Shown: piece after piece, positions 62,651 through 64,000 of the stretch
How the letters are laid out: every line of letters starts with the position of its first letter
How positions within the stretch are numbered: position 1 is the stretch's first letter
Origin: a virus
Reading direction: 5' to 3' (one strand)
Length of the DNA: 64,000 nucleotides
Virus record (IMG/VR): IMGVR_UViG_3300035703_000021
Coordinates: 74,863 to 138,862 of that record
Translations under genes and position numbers: made by a program
The notes under the pieces: model-generated
What the model was told of the DNA's origin: nothing
The model's input: the letters and a program-made list of their open reading frames with translations, nothing else
The model's database searches: none

Positions 62651-62810
62651 GGGGCGCCGAAGCGCCTGGGCGGGGGTATCCACCTACGATGAGCGACCTT
62701 GCAACCCGCTAGGCGGATGAAGAAGCCGGTTTCGCCATTCTACGATGCGGTTTACGGGACCCTTCGTTTAAGCCTCCGTTCCTTGGAGGCCCCGGGCGCT
62801 TATAGCGCCG
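62651..62810 (-). ncRNA. Candidate structured ncRNA B (160 nt)
   Basis: Hairpins GGCGCT/AGCGCC, GCCTCC/GGAGGC, GGCGC-TTCG-GCGCC; CGGGG/CCCCG long-range stem. Confidence 0.55.
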
Positions 62811-62811
62811 A

Positions 62812-62883
62812 TCGGGGTGAGAGGGATCGAACCTCTGTCTTCCTGCTCCCAAAGCAGGCCGTCTACCGCTGACTTACACCCCG
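62812..62883 (-). tRNA. trnP: tRNA-Pro(TGG)
   Basis: Loop TTTGGGA. Confidence 0.92.
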
Positions 62884-62885
62884 TG

Positions 62886-63085
62886 ATGGCCTACGTGTGA
62901 GATCAGGTCTTATGGCTAGGAAGAGGGAGCTACCCTCCACCACCTACCGCCTGCACAGGGACGTAAGCTCTATCTTAGACAATTGTCATCTTAGCGCTAA
63001 GCACCTCGCATATTACGACGCTGTGAGGAGGTCGTCGGAGATTTAACGATAATCTCTTACGTTCTGGGGGATCTAGAACCCAGAA
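62886..63085 (-). ncRNA. Candidate structured ncRNA C (about 200 nt, multibranch plus pseudoknot)
   Basis: ACGTAAG/CTTACGT closing stem, CGACG/CGTCG hairpin whose loop ACCTC matches downstream GAGGT. Confidence 0.55.
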
Positions 63086-63159
63086 AAGCGTAGACGGGGG
63101 TCGAACCCGCAAATTTTGCCTTGAAAGGGCAATGACTTTACCAGTTTGTCTACTACGCC
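63086..63159 (-). tRNA. trnE: tRNA-Glu(TTC)
   Basis: Loop CTTTCAA. Confidence 0.87.
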
Positions 63160-63162
63160 AGG

Positions 63163-63245
63163 CGGAGAGGAAGGGAATCGAACCCCCGAGGCTTTTACAC
63201 CCAACAGTTTTCAAGACTGCGTCCTCGACCAACCGGACCCTCTCC
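63163..63245 (-). tRNA. trnS: tRNA-Ser(TGA), shortened acceptor-D connector
   Basis: Loop CTTGAAA; V-arm; G73. Confidence 0.82.
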
Positions 63246-63247
63246 GT

Positions 63248-63380
63248 ACGCCCATTCGTACTGATGATGGGCGGTAGGTCTACCTTTATCTCGCTCCGGG
63301 ACTAAGTAAACCTACAAATGGCATCCCGGCCCAAGCCTACTCCGACATGCTCAGCTGATAGGCACTGGAATTGCTGAGCA
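63248..63380 (-). ncRNA. Candidate structured ncRNA D (tandem pseudoknots)
   Basis: TGCTCAGC/GCTGAGCA with GCCTA/TAGGC; GTAGGTTTACTT/AGGTAGACCTAC with CCGGGA/TCCCGG; CGCCCAT/ATGGGCG. Confidence 0.6.
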
Positions 63381-63384
63381 CCGA

Positions 63385-63458
63385 CGACCCATAGGGGATT
63401 TGAACCCCTGATCTCCACCGTGACAGGGTGGCGTGATAGACCGCTACACTAATGGGTC
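63385..63458 (-). tRNA. trnD: tRNA-Asp(GTC)
   Basis: Loop CTGTCAC; G73. Confidence 0.92.
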
Positions 63459-63460
63459 AA

Positions 63461-63517
63461 TAGGCGCCGCAAGCAACTACGGCGCGACTCGTTGCTGAGT
63501 TGGCAACACTGTTGCCA
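63461..63517 (-). ncRNA. Candidate kissing-loop RNA element E
   Basis: Adjacent hairpin loops AGCAAC and GTTGCT are exactly complementary. Confidence 0.55.
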
Positions 63518-63590
63518 TGGAGTCTAGGGGACTCGAACCCCTGACAGCCTGCTTGCAAAGCAGGAGCTCTACCAGCTGAGCTAAAACCCC
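63518..63590 (-). tRNA. trnA: tRNA-Ala(TGC)
   Basis: Loop TTTGCAA; G3-U70. Confidence 0.93.
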
Positions 63591-63591
63591 G

Positions 63592-63671
<80 letters not shown>

Positions 63672-63674
63672 GTA

Positions 63675-63738
63675 ATGCCGCGCATTGGCCACGGCAGGTG
63701 CTTTTACTCTAGCACGCCAGAGTTGCCTTTTGGGCAAG
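63675..63738 (-). ncRNA. Candidate H-type pseudoknot element F
   Basis: ACTCT/AGAGT with GTGCT/AGCAC, flanked by two hairpins. Confidence 0.5.
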
Positions 63739-63829
63739 TAGGAGAGGAGGGAATCGAACCCCCGATGGTTCCGATGTAACGGTTTTACAGACCGCAGCCA
63801 CACATATTGCCAACAGTAGCCACTCTCCC
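63739..63829 (-). tRNA. trnY: tRNA-Tyr(GTA) with enlarged D arm
   Basis: Loop CTGTAAA; V region; D arm GCTAC-TGTTGGCAATATGT-GTGGC. Confidence 0.82.
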
Positions 63830-63832
63830 AGA

Positions 63833-63901
63833 TAGGTTATTTTGAGTGACGGCGCTGAGAAGCATCAGATCTCCCCCCAAGAGTCCGTTTCAAATAACCT
63901 A
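63833..63901 (-). ncRNA. Candidate structured element G
   Basis: Perfect 10-bp closing stem TAGGTTATTT/AAATAACCTA and inner ACGG/CCGT. Confidence 0.45.
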
Positions 63902-63902
63902 A

Positions 63903-63974
63903 TGGGTCTGGTGGGGCTCGAACCCACAACTTCCAGGTTAAAAGCCCGTTACTCTGCCATTGAGTTACAGACCC
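63903..63974 (-). tRNA. trnK: tRNA-Lys(TTT)
   Basis: Loop CTTTTAA. Confidence 0.9.
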
Positions 63975-64000
63975 ATAAAAGGTTTAGATTGTCGAGGTTC

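Noticed and set aside
62886-63085. HDV-like theta ribozyme after a tRNA (TCCTCAC resembles L3)
   Set aside because: Flanking bases do not form P3/P1 in the required order by eye; a descriptor search would be decisive
61404-63232. ORF-track entries 61404-61622, 62261-62443 and 62975-63232
   Set aside because: They overlap tRNA genes and are translation artefacts
63261-63267. CTGATGA hammerhead core on plus strand
   Set aside because: No stem II followed by GAAA, and it is antisense to the array

Overview
The whole window is part of a large dsDNA tailed-phage genome, most likely a contractile-tailed cyanophage. Evidence for a cyanobacterial host is a CP12-like peptide, cyanophage-type fibre proteins, 2OG-Fe(II) oxygenases and the tRNA set. 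The standard genetic code is used. 1-33 kb is a mostly minus-strand block of virion, fibre and tailspike genes, including an LRR protein, a beta-helix tailspike, a Gly-rich fibre and two 2OG oxygenases. 33-54 kb is a rearranged Mu-like morphogenesis set: tail tube and DUF935 portal on minus; sheath, protease/scaffold, cement, capsid, gp36-like and gp37-like genes on plus; plus dCMP deaminase, Dps and RlpA. 55-59.7 kb holds a mitochondrial Pol-gamma-like DNA polymerase, a metallophosphoesterase, a DenV-family-like protein and mini-CP12. 59.8-64 kb is a minus-strand array of 24 tRNA genes that runs up to the window end, with an inserted HNH endonuclease. The most notable signals are: (1) nearly every long tRNA spacer folds into a compact structured RNA (pseudoknots, a kissing loop, long closing stems); (2) a GTT(T/G)AA(A/G)(G/T) motif sits upstream of about 23 genes and is a candidate late promoter; (3) fibre genes show a repeated 'C-terminal peptide to next-gene domain' pairing; (4) two ORFs take their stop codons from inside tRNA genes; (5) several tRNAs are structurally atypical. 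All assignments come from reading motifs by eye; no database searches or folding programs were run.
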